From Pseudomonadota bacterium (lineage in GTDB: Bacteria; Myxococcota; JACRCW01; JAFGSX01), in the NCBI GenBank assembly GCA_043821645.1, contig JBDRCO010000038.1, forward strand, positions 1-28,943: a stretch of 28,943 nt of DNA, read 5' to 3'. Shown here in pieces: positions 7,714 through 17,878 of the stretch (positions are counted from its first letter, which is position 1; each line of letters opens with the position of its first letter). The notes beneath the pieces were generated by a model. The model made no database searches. It worked only from the letters and a program-made list of their open reading frames with translations, and was not told the DNA's origin. The position numbers and the translations under genes were made by a program.

Positions 7714-9432
7714 ATGCTTTCAGCCCGGGATCTAGCCGAGACCACCTGGTGGGAACGCCGGGGTCCTCTCCTCCTCCTGATCACCCTGGTGCTGGCCTAC
7801 GCCGCCGCGCTGTGGGCCACGCCCGTGCGCGACGTCGACGAGGCCGTGTACGCCGAGATCGCGCGCGAGATGCTGCAGCGCCACAGCTGGATCGAGCCGC
7901 GCCTCAACGAGGGAGCCTGGTACCAGCATCCACCCCTGGTGATGTGGTTGCAGGCGGCGAGCATGGCCGTGTTCGGGGTCTCGGCGGCGGCGCGGCTACC
8001 GTCGCTGCTCGCGGTGCTGGCCGTGGCCGCGGTGCTGATGTGGTGGCAGCGGCGTCGCGGGCAGCCTGTGGACTGGACACTGGCGGCGCTGTGGCTCAGC
8101 TTGCCCGCGACCCACCTGATGGTGCGCGACGCCAAGCTGGATGCCGTGCTCACCCTGTGCATGGCCTCGGCGGTGCTCGCTGCCCGGCAACGCCGGTTGT
8201 GGTTGCGCCTGCTGCTGGTGTGCCTGGCGGTGGCGGCCGGGGTGCTGACCAAGAATGCCGTCGCCGCGCTGTGGCCGGGAGCCGTGGTGGTCGCCGCCTG
8301 GCTGCTGCACAGGCGAGTGGCGCGTGACGACGAGCGAAGGCCTGCGCCGGTGGCGGCGCTGCTCGCCATGCTGGCAGGCTGTGCTCTGGCCGTGCCCTGG
8401 TTCGTCGAGATGCACCACCGCTACGGTCCACACTTTGTCGAGACCATCCTGGGGCGGCAGCTGCTGTCGCGCTTCGCCGGTGAGGTGCTCACCGATCCCT
8501 CGGGTCCGCTATTCTTCGTCGGGGTCCTGGCCTGGTCGGCGGCGCCCGTGGCCGTGCTCGCGCTGTGGCGCATGGGGTCGGACCTGGTGCTGCTGTGGAA
8601 GCGCCAGGGCCAGGCGCTGGATCGCGGCGCCGTGCTGCAGCTGAGCGCGGCGCTGGTGCCCCTGGTGGCGATGTCACTGTCTCGCTCCAAGCTGCCACAC
8701 TACATCTTCGGCCTGCTGCCCTTCGTGGTGCTGGCCGCGGCCCGCGAGCTGCGCCATGACGACGAGGATGGCGCGGGGCGCTGGCCCCGGATCCGACGCG
8801 CGGTGCTGGCGCTGACGCCGACCGGGGCCTTGCTGTTTGCCGGCATTCACGCAGCCATCAGCTTCGACCCGACGCCCGCGGGCTGGATCGTGCTGGCCGG
8901 TCTGCTGTCGCTCGCCGCGGCTGGGCTGTGGGTCCTTCGCCGTGGGCTGGGCGCGCGCTCCACGCTGTGGCCAGCGCTGCTGGCACTGTGCCTGGTCAAC
9001 CTCTACTTCTCGCTGAGCGCAGACCAGCGGCGCCGCGCCTACGAGCCCGCCCTGGCCGTGGCCGAGCTGCTGCAAACGCGCGAGCCCTCGGCCACCCAGC
9101 CCGTGTTCGCCTACCGCTTCAACATGCGATCCGCCATCGCCTTCGCGGCGCGCCGTGCGGTGCAGGAGGTCGACGACGGCGGTCTGCGACGACGCCTGAC
9201 CGAGCAGCCGGGCCCGCGCTGGATCCTGGTCCTCGACGACGAGCTGGAGCACCTGCGGCAGCCCGACCTGGAGCTCGTCGAGGTGGCGCGCTGGCCCTGG
9301 CACCGCACCTCGCGGCCGTCGACGGATTTCGTGCTGCGCTGGCGCCGAGCGGTCGCGGTGCGGCAGCTGGTGCTGGCGCGCGTGCAGCTTGCGCCAACCG
9401 CGCATCCTGGCGACGATGGCCCCCACTCATGA
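7714..9432 (+). CDS. ArnT/PMT-family (GT-C fold) membrane glycosyltransferase
   Basis: DVDEAVYAEIAREML..PRLNEGAWYQHPPLVMW..FGVSAAARLPS..DAKLDAVL..GVLTK..SRSKLPHYI; multiple TM helices. Probable start ATG 7714. Confidence 0.85.
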   Translation: MLSARDLAETTWWERRGPLLLLITLVLAYAAALWATPVRDVDEAVYAEIAREMLQRHSWIEPRLNEGAWYQHPPLVMWLQAASMAVFGVSAAARLPSLLAVLAVAAVLMWWQRRRGQPVDWTLAALWLSLPATHLMVRDAKLDAVLTLCMASAVLAARQRRLWLRLLLVCLAVAAGVLTKNAVAALWPGAVVVAAWLLHRRVARDDERRPAPVAALLAMLAGCALAVPWFVEMHHRYGPHFVETILGRQLLSRFAGEVLTDPSGPLFFVGVLAWSAAPVAVLALWRMGSDLVLLWKRQGQALDRGAVLQLSAALVPLVAMSLSRSKLPHYIFGLLPFVVLAAARELRHDDEDGAGRWPRIRRAVLALTPTGALLFAGIHAAISFDPTPAGWIVLAGLLSLAAAGLWVLRRGLGARSTLWPALLALCLVNLYFSLSADQRRRAYEPALAVAELLQTREPSATQPVFAYRFNMRSAIAFAARRAVQEVDDGGLRRRLTEQPGPRWILVLDDELEHLRQPDLELVEVARWPWHRTSRPSTDFVLRWRRAVAVRQLVLARVQLAPTAHPGDDGPHS

Positions 9433-10532
9433 TCGTCCTGCGCTACATCGTTCGCACCATCGCCGCACCCTTCGGGGCGCTGCTGCTCGTCGTCACCCTG
9501 GTCTCCAGCATCATGCAGCTGTCACGCCTGGGCGAGGTCGCCTTCGGCGCCCTGGGTGATCTCGGCGTGTTCCTGCGGCTGACCCTGTACGTGGCGCCGG
9601 GCCTGGCGGGTGTGGCCCTGCCCATCGCCCTGCTGCTGGCCTGCCTCATCGCCTATGACCGCCTGGCCGACAGCGGCGAGCTGTTCGCGATGGCTGCGGC
9701 GGGTGTGTCGTCACGCCGCCTGTTCGCACCCGCGGTCGCGGTCGGGCTCCCGGTGGGCCTGCTGTCCTTGTGGCTGGGGCTGGTGGCCGTGCCCTGGGGC
9801 ATCGATCGCTTCCTCGACGAGATGGCCGGCCTGGCGACCCGCGCCTTCTCGCAGGCCCTGGCGCCGCGCGCTTTCAACGAGGTGCTGGGCAGCACCGCCC
9901 TGTACGCGTCCGAGGTCGATGACGACCAGGGGACCTGGCGCGGTGTGTTCCTGGCCCATGCTCCGGGCGAGTTGCAGCGCGAGCTGCTGGTGCTGGCGCC
10001 CGAGGTCAGCGTGCAGCCCGAGGCCGAGGCACGCCGCGCCGTGCTGCGCATCGAGCAGGGTGAGGCCTTGATCGTGGGCAGCACGCCCGAGCTGGTCGAG
10101 CGCGTCACTTTCGAACACGGTGAGGGTGTGCTCGATCTCAGCAGCTGGGCGCATCGCGAGACAGCGATCTACTACGACTACCAGGCCCACGGTCTGCTGC
10201 GGCTGCTCGATGACCTCGCCGAGGAACAGCAACCCCGCGACAGACGCAAGATCGCGTTCTTCATGTGGCAGAAACTGACCTTGCCCTTTGGCTGCCTTCC
10301 CCTGGCCCTGCTCGGCGCGCTGCTCGGGGCTGGCCGTTCGGCCGAGAAGCGCGCGCGCGCCTACGTGTGGGGCGTGCTGGCCGCGGTTCTGTTCTTCGTC
10401 GGTCACGAGGGTGCGCGCGGTCTGGCCGCGGATGGCCACCTGGATCCCACCCTGGCTGCCTGGGCTGTCATCGTCGTCACCGCCGGGGTCACCCTGCTCC
10501 TGTGGTGGCGGCGTGCGGGGCTGCGCCAGTGA
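9429..10532 (+). CDS. lptF: LPS export ABC transporter permease LptF (YjgP/YjgQ family)
   Basis: ATGA overlap with the GT; LRYIVR..ALPIALLLACLIAYDRLADSGELFAMAAAGVS..KLTLPFGCLPLALLG; 3 TM, periplasmic domain, 3 TM. Confidence 0.8.
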   Translation: MIVLRYIVRTIAAPFGALLLVVTLVSSIMQLSRLGEVAFGALGDLGVFLRLTLYVAPGLAGVALPIALLLACLIAYDRLADSGELFAMAAAGVSSRRLFAPAVAVGLPVGLLSLWLGLVAVPWGIDRFLDEMAGLATRAFSQALAPRAFNEVLGSTALYASEVDDDQGTWRGVFLAHAPGELQRELLVLAPEVSVQPEAEARRAVLRIEQGEALIVGSTPELVERVTFEHGEGVLDLSSWAHRETAIYYDYQAHGLLRLLDDLAEEQQPRDRRKIAFFMWQKLTLPFGCLPLALLGALLGAGRSAEKRARAYVWGVLAAVLFFVGHEGARGLAADGHLDPTLAAWAVIVVTAGVTLLLWWRRAGLRQ

Positions 10533-11623
10533 TCCTGCGCCGCTACGTGCTGGCCAGGGCCAGCTCCCGCGCCCTGTTCGTGCTGCTGGCCGGCGTGTTG
10601 CTCTACGTGGTCATCGACGTCATGGGCATCTCCCAGCAGCTCACCCGCGGCAGCCTGTGGCAGGTGCTGCGCCTGTACCTCTTGCGGCTGCCGGAGATGG
10701 CCGTGTCTTTGCTGCCTGTGGCGGTGGTGCTGGGACCCCTGCTGGCGGCGGGCAGCCTGGCCAAGCGCCACGAGCTGGTGGCCATCAAGTCCTGCGGTGG
10801 CTCCATGCGACGCGTGACCGCGCCCGCCTTCCTCGTGGTGGGCCTGCTCGCGGCCGGAGCGCACGGGGTGATCACCGAGCTGGTGTTGCCGCGCACCGTG
10901 CCCTCGGCGGTGTCGTTGCAGGACAGCGTGTTCCAGTTGCGCGGGCCCCGTTTCTGGAGCTTCTACCTGCCGCGGCGCTGGATGCGCACCCCGCAGGGCT
11001 TCCTGCATACCCGCAGTATTGGTAGCGGCCAGGCGAAGGACGTCACCTACCTCGGCCACGACGCACATTTCGCCCCCGCGACGCTGATCCACGCGCGCCT
11101 GCTGCGCCGCGATGGCGACGACTATCTGATGCTCGATGGCAGCCTGCGCGACCTGACGCGAAAGGCCCCGCTGGTGCGCTTCGACAGCTTGCCCTTTCCG
11201 GAGGTCCTCGAGCAGGGCGCGCTGGAGCAACATCTGGGTTACCCCGAGGTGTATGCCGCCCCCGAGCTGTGGCGCGTGCTGCGTGCGCGTGCCAGCCAGG
11301 GTGGTGCCCTGGCGCCCTTCGCTCTGGCGCTGTGGCGACGCCTCGGAGATCCCCTGCTGCTGCTGGCCCTGGCCCTGCTCATCACCCCGATCGCAGCCTG
11401 GGCCCGTCGTGGCCAGCCCACCGAGCGCCGCCTGATCGAGGGCGGTCTGGTGCTCGGGCTGGCGCTGGGCTGTCGCGGCGCCTTCGGGGCCCTGGCCTCG
11501 ACCGCGAGCTGGACCTGGTCCCTCGCCGGCCTGGGACCTGCCCTGGTGCTGGGGGTCCTGGCAGCCGTGCTGTGGCCACGGGTCGAGCACGAGGGTCTCC
11601 CGGGATCCACGTCAGGCAGGTGA
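10529..11623 (+). CDS. lptG: LPS export ABC transporter permease LptG (YjgP/YjgQ family)
   Basis: GTGA overlap; ILRRYV..YLLRLPEMAVSLLPVAVVLG..LAKRHELVAIKSCGGSMRR..ELVLP; second paralogue of the pair. Confidence 0.8.
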   Translation: MILRRYVLARASSRALFVLLAGVLLYVVIDVMGISQQLTRGSLWQVLRLYLLRLPEMAVSLLPVAVVLGPLLAAGSLAKRHELVAIKSCGGSMRRVTAPAFLVVGLLAAGAHGVITELVLPRTVPSAVSLQDSVFQLRGPRFWSFYLPRRWMRTPQGFLHTRSIGSGQAKDVTYLGHDAHFAPATLIHARLLRRDGDDYLMLDGSLRDLTRKAPLVRFDSLPFPEVLEQGALEQHLGYPEVYAAPELWRVLRARASQGGALAPFALALWRRLGDPLLLLALALLITPIAAWARRGQPTERRLIEGGLVLGLALGCRGAFGALASTASWTWSLAGLGPALVLGVLAAVLWPRVEHEGLPGSTSGR

Positions 11624-11717
11624 CTTCGCCGCAGAAGCTGGTTAAGATGGGCGCGTTCTTGATCACGTGACGACGGAGTGTGGCCCGCGAGGTGTCTTTT
11701 CCGTCGAGGAGGTGGGG

Positions 11718-12599
11718 ATGCCTGTCTTCGAGGTTTACATTCCGGCGCGCGATCAGAGTGGCCGCAACGTCACCCTCACCGTCGAGGCCGCGAACTGGCT
11801 CGGCGCGCTGCAGACCGGTCTGCTCAACAGCGGCGAGGACGCGCGCTCCGTGGGCAACGTGCTGTGCGATCTGCAGAGCGATGGCTCCATCCACGTCACC
11901 GACGCCAGCAACGGCCGTGTGTTCAGGCTGCGCCACCTCGAGGCCACGTCCAGCCAGACCGGCACCGAGCCGTCGATGCCGGCGGTGAACCAGGACGCGC
12001 CTCGCTTCAAGACCGCGCCACGCCCCATGTCGCGCAGCGAGAGTGCTCCACAGTCCACGGATCCCGCCATCGGGCGCAGCTTCGAGAAAGTCGACGTCGA
12101 GGAAGTCATCGCGGACATCTTCGAGCGCACCATGGACCTGTACACGGACAGGCTCAACCCGGACAAGATCGTCAACGACCTGCTCGACCTCGCCATGGAG
12201 AAGGTGCCCAGCGATGCCGGCACCTTCTACGTCGCCGATATCTCGAGCCTGGATCTGCAGTTCGCCGCGGTGCGCGGCCCCAAGGCCAAGGAGGTGCTGG
12301 CCTCCGGCATCCGCGTGCCCATGGGCCAGGGCATCGCCGGTGTGTGCGCCCTCGAAAGCATCAGCGTGGCCATCAGCGACGCCCAGCGCGATCCGCGCTT
12401 CTCGCGCGAGATCAGCGAGAAGATCGGCTACGAGGCACATAGCATGGTGTGCGTGCCCCTGGACAAGGACGGCCGCTGCTACGGCGCCATCCAGCTCATC
12501 AACCGCCAGGGCCGCACCACCTACACCCCGTCGGACATGGCCATCCTGACCGCCGTGGGCCAGCAGGCTGTCGAGCTGCTGAGCAAGGTGCAGACCTGA
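11718..12599 (+). CDS. GAF domain protein with small N-terminal domain
   Basis: GAGGAGG RBS then ATG 11718; GAF motifs LQFAAVRG..VPMGQGIAG..DAQRDPRF..SMVCVPL..YGAIQLIN..YTPSDMAIL. Confidence 0.85.
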   Translation: MPVFEVYIPARDQSGRNVTLTVEAANWLGALQTGLLNSGEDARSVGNVLCDLQSDGSIHVTDASNGRVFRLRHLEATSSQTGTEPSMPAVNQDAPRFKTAPRPMSRSESAPQSTDPAIGRSFEKVDVEEVIADIFERTMDLYTDRLNPDKIVNDLLDLAMEKVPSDAGTFYVADISSLDLQFAAVRGPKAKEVLASGIRVPMGQGIAGVCALESISVAISDAQRDPRFSREISEKIGYEAHSMVCVPLDKDGRCYGAIQLINRQGRTTYTPSDMAILTAVGQQAVELLSKVQT

Positions 12600-12723
12600 G
12601 CGACCGAGCGCGTCCCCCCCCCGTCCACCTCCTCGTCGAACCGCCTCATCTGAAACGGCACTTTGATGCAGTCCCTGCGCCTCCGCGTCGGTGGGGGAGC
12701 TTCGTGCAACCGCGGCGGCGAGG

Positions 12724-14172
12724 TCAGTCAATCGCCATTGCCGCAGACTCAGGATCCGGTCGCCCGAGCGACAGCCCGACGAACAGCAGGGCAGACAGGG
12801 TCATGCCGTAGAGGCTGGGATCGAGGCCAAGCGCTGCCAGGGCGCCGGGCAGGGGGACGGCGCCAGCAGCGAGCAGCACCGTCAGGCTGCCACCACCGAG
12901 CATGCCCCAGAAGGCCCCGCTGCGACTGGAGCGACGCCAGAAGTAGGCGCCGAGGGTGGGTACGAACAGACCGGACACCATGAAGCCGTATGCGTAGAGC
13001 ATGGCGTCGAGCACGCTGCCGAAGCTGGCGGCGATGACCACGGCGACCACGCCGATGCCCAGGGTCACGCCCTGGGACAGCCGCATCACGGACGTGGCGG
13101 ATCGCTCCCGGGGCCACACCCGCTCGAGCACGTCGTTGACGAGGTTGCCGCTGGCCGCCATCAGACAGCTGTCTGCGGTGCTCATGATGGCGGAGAAGTA
13201 GGCGGCGATGACGATACCGGTGACGCCCACGGGCAACACGTCGCGGATCAAGGTGGGCAGGCCCATTTCCGCTTCCACGTCGGGGTAGAGCACGCGCGCG
13301 CACATGCCGAGGAACACGCCGGCAAAGGCCATGACCGGGTACTCGAAGAGGCCGGCGATGAACCAGGCGCGGCGCGCCGTGCGCTCGTCGCGGCAGGCGT
13401 ACATGCGTTGGTACAGGGTCATGCCGACGAGCCAGATGGGGATGATGGTGACCATCCAGTTGATCAGGGTGACGGGGGCGATGTTGCTCAGCGAGAAGAA
13501 CTCGGGAGGCAGGCTCGCGCGCACGCGGGACCAGCCGCCGAGTTCGTGCAGGGTGATGGGGATGGTGACGAGGACGAGTCCGCACAGCAGCACGATCCAC
13601 TGGATGGTGTCGGTGTAGATGACGGCCTTGAGCCCGCCCACGACGGTGTAGGCCACGGTGACGACGGCGATGAGCAGGATGGCAAAGGTCAGGGGCGACA
13701 GCCCCAGGGGCGCGCCGGTGATGAAGGTGCCGGCCGCGAGCTTGGCGCCGGCCAGCACCTGGGCACCGGTGAAGGCCATGTAGCCCAGGCCCGAGATGGC
13801 GGCGGCGAGCAGGGCCACCCGGTCACCAAAGCGCAGGCGCAGGAAGTCCGGGTAGGTGAACAACTTATGCTGGGCGTCGAGCTTCTTGATGCGCGGGATC
13901 AGGAACACCGCGCTGAGCCAGGCGCCGACCAGGCCGGTGAAAAGCAACCAGGTGCCGGCCAGGCCCATGGCAAAGCCCACGCCGCCGAGGCCGATGGAGA
14001 AACCACCGCCCACGTCGGTGGCGACGATGGACAGGCCGATGTGGGTGGCGCCCATGCTGCGGCCGCCCACGTAGTAGTCATCGCGACTGAGGTTGGTTCG
14101 GAAGAAGTACAGGCCCACGGCCAGCACGGCGGCCATGTAGAGCCCGAACAGGCCATAGTCGATGGCGCTCAT
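12724..14172 (-). CDS. Sodium:solute symporter (SSS) family transporter
   Basis: [44 protein letters not shown]; about 13 hydrophobic segments; AGGAG RBS. Confidence 0.92.
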   Translation of the reverse strand: MSAIDYGLFGLYMAAVLAVGLYFFRTNLSRDDYYVGGRSMGATHIGLSIVATDVGGGFSIGLGGVGFAMGLAGTWLLFTGLVGAWLSAVFLIPRIKKLDAQHKLFTYPDFLRLRFGDRVALLAAAISGLGYMAFTGAQVLAGAKLAAGTFITGAPLGLSPLTFAILLIAVVTVAYTVVGGLKAVIYTDTIQWIVLLCGLVLVTIPITLHELGGWSRVRASLPPEFFSLSNIAPVTLINWMVTIIPIWLVGMTLYQRMYACRDERTARRAWFIAGLFEYPVMAFAGVFLGMCARVLYPDVEAEMGLPTLIRDVLPVGVTGIVIAAYFSAIMSTADSCLMAASGNLVNDVLERVWPRERSATSVMRLSQGVTLGIGVVAVVIAASFGSVLDAMLYAYGFMVSGLFVPTLGAYFWRRSSRSGAFWGMLGGGSLTVLLAAGAVPLPGALAALGLDPSLYGMTLSALLFVGLSLGRPDPESAAMAID

Positions 14173-14333
14173 GCGCGTCTCCTGGTGCGCGGTGCAGTGC
14201 GTGACGGCGGGGAGCCAGAGTGCGCGCGGTCAGGGTGGTTCGATGGGGCATGTGCTCGCGCGATCGCGGACCCGGGCGCTGCGTGGACGGGCCACGGGGT
14301 GGGGTCGCCAGGTGCGGTCGCCAGCCATGGCTC

Positions 14334-14361
14334 ACGCTAGCATCTGAGCGCTCTCGTGCAA
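14334..14361 (-). promoter_or_regulatory. Possible sigma70 promoter for the SSS gene
   Basis: Minus strand TTGCAC, 16-bp spacer ending TGC, then TAGCGT (extended -10-like). Confidence 0.4.
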
Positions 14362-14372
14362 GGTTGCAGGGT

Positions 14373-14957
14373 TCAGCGTGCGCGGGCCACGATCACGTAG
14401 TTGGCCACGAACCAGTCGAGGTGGACCTCGGGGGAAAAGCCAGCGCGCTCGAGGTCCGCGCGCACGGTCGCCAGGGGCAAGCGATGTTCCGCGGGTGGGC
14501 CTTGCTCCGGAAGCGGGCCGCTGGCGTCGTCGGCGTGCAGCCAGTCCACGACGACCAGGCGGCCCCCGGGGCGCAGCCAGGTGTGGCAGCGCTGCAGCAC
14601 AGCGGCTCTGTCGTCGAGTTCATGAAAGCAGTTGCCGATGAGTACGCCGTCGGCACTGGCCGCCGGTGCGTCGTGATCCTCAGCGCGGACCTGATGCAAG
14701 ACGATGTGCGGGCGCTCGCCGGCCACGAGTTGCCCCTTGAGTTGCTCCAGCATGCCGGCCTGGGCGTCCACCGCGTGCACGGTGGCCACGACGCGAGCCA
14801 GGGGACGGGTGTAGTAGCCGGTACCTGCGCCGAGATCGATCCAGGTTTGACCGTCGAGGGGAGCCAGATTGTCGAGCAAGCGGGACACCGGCATGATCTT
14901 CTGCCGCTCGACGCTGTGAAGTCGGCTTGCATGGGCTGGATCGAACACATGGGGCAT
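14373..14957 (-). CDS. Class I SAM-dependent methyltransferase
   Basis: Motif I WIDLGAGTGYY; VHAVD; FHELDD..LRPGGRLVVVDW..GPPAEHRL. Likely start MPHVFDP at 14957 (GAGG upstream). Confidence 0.85.
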   Translation of the reverse strand: MPHVFDPAHASRLHSVERQKIMPVSRLLDNLAPLDGQTWIDLGAGTGYYTRPLARVVATVHAVDAQAGMLEQLKGQLVAGERPHIVLHQVRAEDHDAPAASADGVLIGNCFHELDDRAAVLQRCHTWLRPGGRLVVVDWLHADDASGPLPEQGPPAEHRLPLATVRADLERAGFSPEVHLDWFVANYVIVARAR

Positions 14958-15013
14958 CGAGAACCTCTTCGGTGGGACCTCTCCCATCAAGAGCCCGTAC
15001 AGACGCAAGGGAT

Positions 15014-15664
15014 TCAGAACGCGGTGAACTGGTGTTGCGGGCTCAGGCTGCGTGGGTCGTAGCAGCAGCCCACCTCGTCTTCGACCACGCACTGGTACTC
15101 GGAGGGCTCGTCGAGGGCGGGGTCGACTTCGCCGACCCGACAGTCAGCGTCGCCAGTACAGGCCGCGGCACAGACCCGGGTGTCCAGCGTAGCCTGGTGG
15201 GTACCCAGGATGCCCAGATCGACCCGCACCTGTTCCCGGCCCTGGATGAGCACCGTGCCAGGCGGGCAGCGGGTCAGGCGCGCGTAGTCGCCAAAACGGG
15301 CATTGCTACAGATCAGCGCGGCACCCTCGCAGTGCGTGGCCATGATCGCGCAGTAGCCGTTGGCAAAGTGCGTGTCGTTGGCGCGCGCTCCCACGTAGGA
15401 GCGCAGGCACACCTTCTGACCGCCGTTCCAGACCGGAGGCACATCCGCGCAACCGAAGATGGAGCCGTGGTCGGGCTGGGGCACGCCCAGGGTCTCGCAG
15501 TCCTGGCCCTCGCAGTGGCACGGTGCGCCGATGCCCCGGAAGAAGCCCTCGAAGAAAGCGGGTTCGGCTTGCACCACCTGGCCAAACTCTTCGGGGCTGC
15601 CGCAGGAAGCGATCCCTGCTGCAAGCACGACGACGACCAGCAGACGATGTTGAACAGCAGCCAT
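15014..15664 (-). CDS. Cys-rich lipoprotein, unknown function
   Basis: RLLVVVVLAAGIASC lipobox; many Cys (CTGDADC etc.); starts about 10 nt after the beta-barrel gene. Confidence 0.75.
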   Translation of the reverse strand: MAAVQHRLLVVVVLAAGIASCGSPEEFGQVVQAEPAFFEGFFRGIGAPCHCEGQDCETLGVPQPDHGSIFGCADVPPVWNGGQKVCLRSYVGARANDTHFANGYCAIMATHCEGAALICSNARFGDYARLTRCPPGTVLIQGREQVRVDLGILGTHQATLDTRVCAAACTGDADCRVGEVDPALDEPSEYQCVVEDEVGCCYDPRSLSPQHQFTAF

Positions 15665-15674
15665 GCGTACCAGC

Positions 15675-17048
15675 CTAGAAACTCAGCTTGAGTTCTGCAA
15701 ATACTTGCGAAAAATCCGCCTGGCGCGCCATGGGTGTGTTGCCGTCCGCGCCGCCAAAGGCCAGGGCTCCGAGGTAGAGCTTGAGCGCGTCGGCGATGTC
15801 CCACCACACGAACCCGAGCACCATGAAGTCGACGTAAGTGACGTCGTAAAGCGCCAGCACCTGGCCGCCGAGCTCGGGCAACAGCTTGAAGTTGACCCGC
15901 GCCGTGACCTGGTGCGTGAGGGCCTCGTCGACAAAAACCGGTGCACGGCCCATCTGGCGCTCGAGCCGGGTCCGCTCCTCGTCGACGTCATAGCCGAGCA
16001 GACCGGTGGCCACGTACTGCAGGCCCAGGTCCAGGTTCTCGCTGAACACGTAGTCCACGCCGATCACGCCCTGGGCGCCGGTCGGATCTTCGGGCAGGCC
16101 CGTGGCGTCGAGATCCGGGTGCGCCTTGAGCGCGACCTCGGCCTTGAGCACGAAGGGGCCCAGGGCCTTTTGCAGATCTCCGCCCACCATGACCAGGCGC
16201 TGGTAGCGCTCCTGCCATATCAGGGCGGTGGGGATCATCACCGGCGGTGTCCCAGGGGGGCCCATGACGATGGGCTCCAGCCGCGGTGCCACGGAAATGG
16301 TGGGGTTCTTGTCGTAGCCGACATAGCCGGCCAGGGCCCAGTCCAGGGCCAGGCTGGAGATGGCGTGCGAGACGCGCAGGCCCAGCTCGGTCGAGGTCAG
16401 GGCCAGGTCCGGCGTCCGTGCGGACTGTCGCAGCACGGGCAGCTCGCCCATGCGCTCGGGCACCACCATGGGGATGCGGTGCGGTTGAAACAGCGGCACC
16501 CACACCAGATCGACCAGCAGCTCGTCGATGGCGTACCAGCTCAGGCGCAGGGCCGCCGGCGCGACCCTGTAGTCCTCGATCTCGCTGGCGATGTGGGCGT
16601 AGTCCCAGGCGCTGATGACGTCGGTGGGATTGACCCAGGCGGTGCGACCCCAGAACACGAACTGCTTGCCCACGCGCAGCTCGAGCGGCCCCAGGGTCAG
16701 GTTGAGGTAGAGCTCGACCGGGTAGATCTCGAAGCCCACGTCTCGCTGCAGCGGATCGCCCGAGCGGCTGCTGGCGCTGTCGAGCTCGAAGTCGAAGGCG
16801 CCGAAGTACGCTGCGGGCTCCCCGCTGCCGCCGCTGAGCTGAAGCTGCAGGCGGGCTCCGGCGCGCTGCAGGTCGTAGGGATCCACCGCCTGCTCGAAGG
16901 CATAGCCCTTGACGTAGCCACCTAGCCGCGGCGCCAGGCCGTCCTGGGCTCGCAGGCCAGAGCTCATCCCGAGCAGGCACAGCGCGGTCAGCGGGCCGAG
17001 CCTCGACGGGAAACAACGAAAGGCGTCTTTACGATGGCAGTCGGGCAT
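15675..17048 (-). CDS. Outer-membrane beta-barrel protein (DUF1302-like)
   Basis: Signal peptide; ELYLNL..ELRVGKQFVFWGRT..NPTDVI; alternating beta-strands; C-terminal Phe (ELKLSF). Context next to MMPL and LolA-like genes. Confidence 0.75.
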   Translation of the reverse strand: MPDCHRKDAFRCFPSRLGPLTALCLLGMSSGLRAQDGLAPRLGGYVKGYAFEQAVDPYDLQRAGARLQLQLSGGSGEPAAYFGAFDFELDSASSRSGDPLQRDVGFEIYPVELYLNLTLGPLELRVGKQFVFWGRTAWVNPTDVISAWDYAHIASEIEDYRVAPAALRLSWYAIDELLVDLVWVPLFQPHRIPMVVPERMGELPVLRQSARTPDLALTSTELGLRVSHAISSLALDWALAGYVGYDKNPTISVAPRLEPIVMGPPGTPPVMIPTALIWQERYQRLVMVGGDLQKALGPFVLKAEVALKAHPDLDATGLPEDPTGAQGVIGVDYVFSENLDLGLQYVATGLLGYDVDEERTRLERQMGRAPVFVDEALTHQVTARVNFKLLPELGGQVLALYDVTYVDFMVLGFVWWDIADALKLYLGALAFGGADGNTPMARQADFSQVFAELKLSF

Positions 17049-17086
17049 CGCCTGGATCTCCGGAGTATCGCAGGGGGCGCAGGTGC

Positions 17087-17878
17087 TCACCGGGTCCACT
17101 TCTTGAGGTTGCGCTCGGTGAACACGGTGTCCGCGATGCCGGTGTCCGTCTTGAGGTTCTTGAACTCCATCTCGCTTTGGTGACCCGTGTTGCTGTCCTG
17201 GACCCGCATGTGGGTCGCAAAGGGCGTGCCCTGCACGTCCTCGACCTTGAGCACCTCGAGCACCTTGAGCTTGCGCTCGCCCTTCTCGTAGTAATCAGCA
17301 CCGATGACGAGCTTGCGCGCGGGATCCACGCACCACACCACCTTGGTGTAGCCGGTGTCGGCCAGCACCTTGGGTGTCGCCGGAGTTCCGCTCACCAGCT
17401 TGCACGCCACGCCGGCGCGGGTGTCGTCACCCGAAAAAGTGTAGCTCCAGTCCGCCAGCTTGGGCATGCCCACGTCGTAGTAGGTGAAGTCGCTGGACAT
17501 GAAGTTGCCGCCCGAGCCCGAGGCGCTGATGCGGTTGACCCGGCGCAGCGCGGGCAAGAACAGTCGCCTGTCATCGTCGCTGCCCTTGTGTTCGATGGTC
17601 AGAAAGCCCGTGCCGCGTACGTCCGCAGGCTTGACGAAGCGCATGAGCATGCTGTTCTCGTCGCTGGCATTGGTGCGCGACCACATCTGGATCTCGCGCA
17701 CCTTGGTGTCTCCGCTGGGGCTGCGCAAGGTCAGCACGACGTCTCCCTGCATGTCCTTGAAGCTGTTCTTCTCGAGCACCTGGGCCATGAAGGCCCGGGC
17801 GTCGTCGGCGGCGCGCGCCGGTCTCTGCGTCCACATCACGCCCAGCAGGGATGCGGTCAGGATGAATGTGAGCTTCAT
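17087..17878 (-). CDS. Outer-membrane lipoprotein-sorting protein (LolA-like / DUF1329-type)
   Basis: Signal peptide; RFVKPADVRGTGFL..DDRRLFLPALRRVNRI..FMSSDFTYYD..FTERNL. Confidence 0.88.
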   Translation of the reverse strand: MKLTFILTASLLGVMWTQRPARAADDARAFMAQVLEKNSFKDMQGDVVLTLRSPSGDTKVREIQMWSRTNASDENSMLMRFVKPADVRGTGFLTIEHKGSDDDRRLFLPALRRVNRISASGSGGNFMSSDFTYYDVGMPKLADWSYTFSGDDTRAGVACKLVSGTPATPKVLADTGYTKVVWCVDPARKLVIGADYYEKGERKLKVLEVLKVEDVQGTPFATHMRVQDSNTGHQSEMEFKNLKTDTGIADTVFTERNLKKWTR

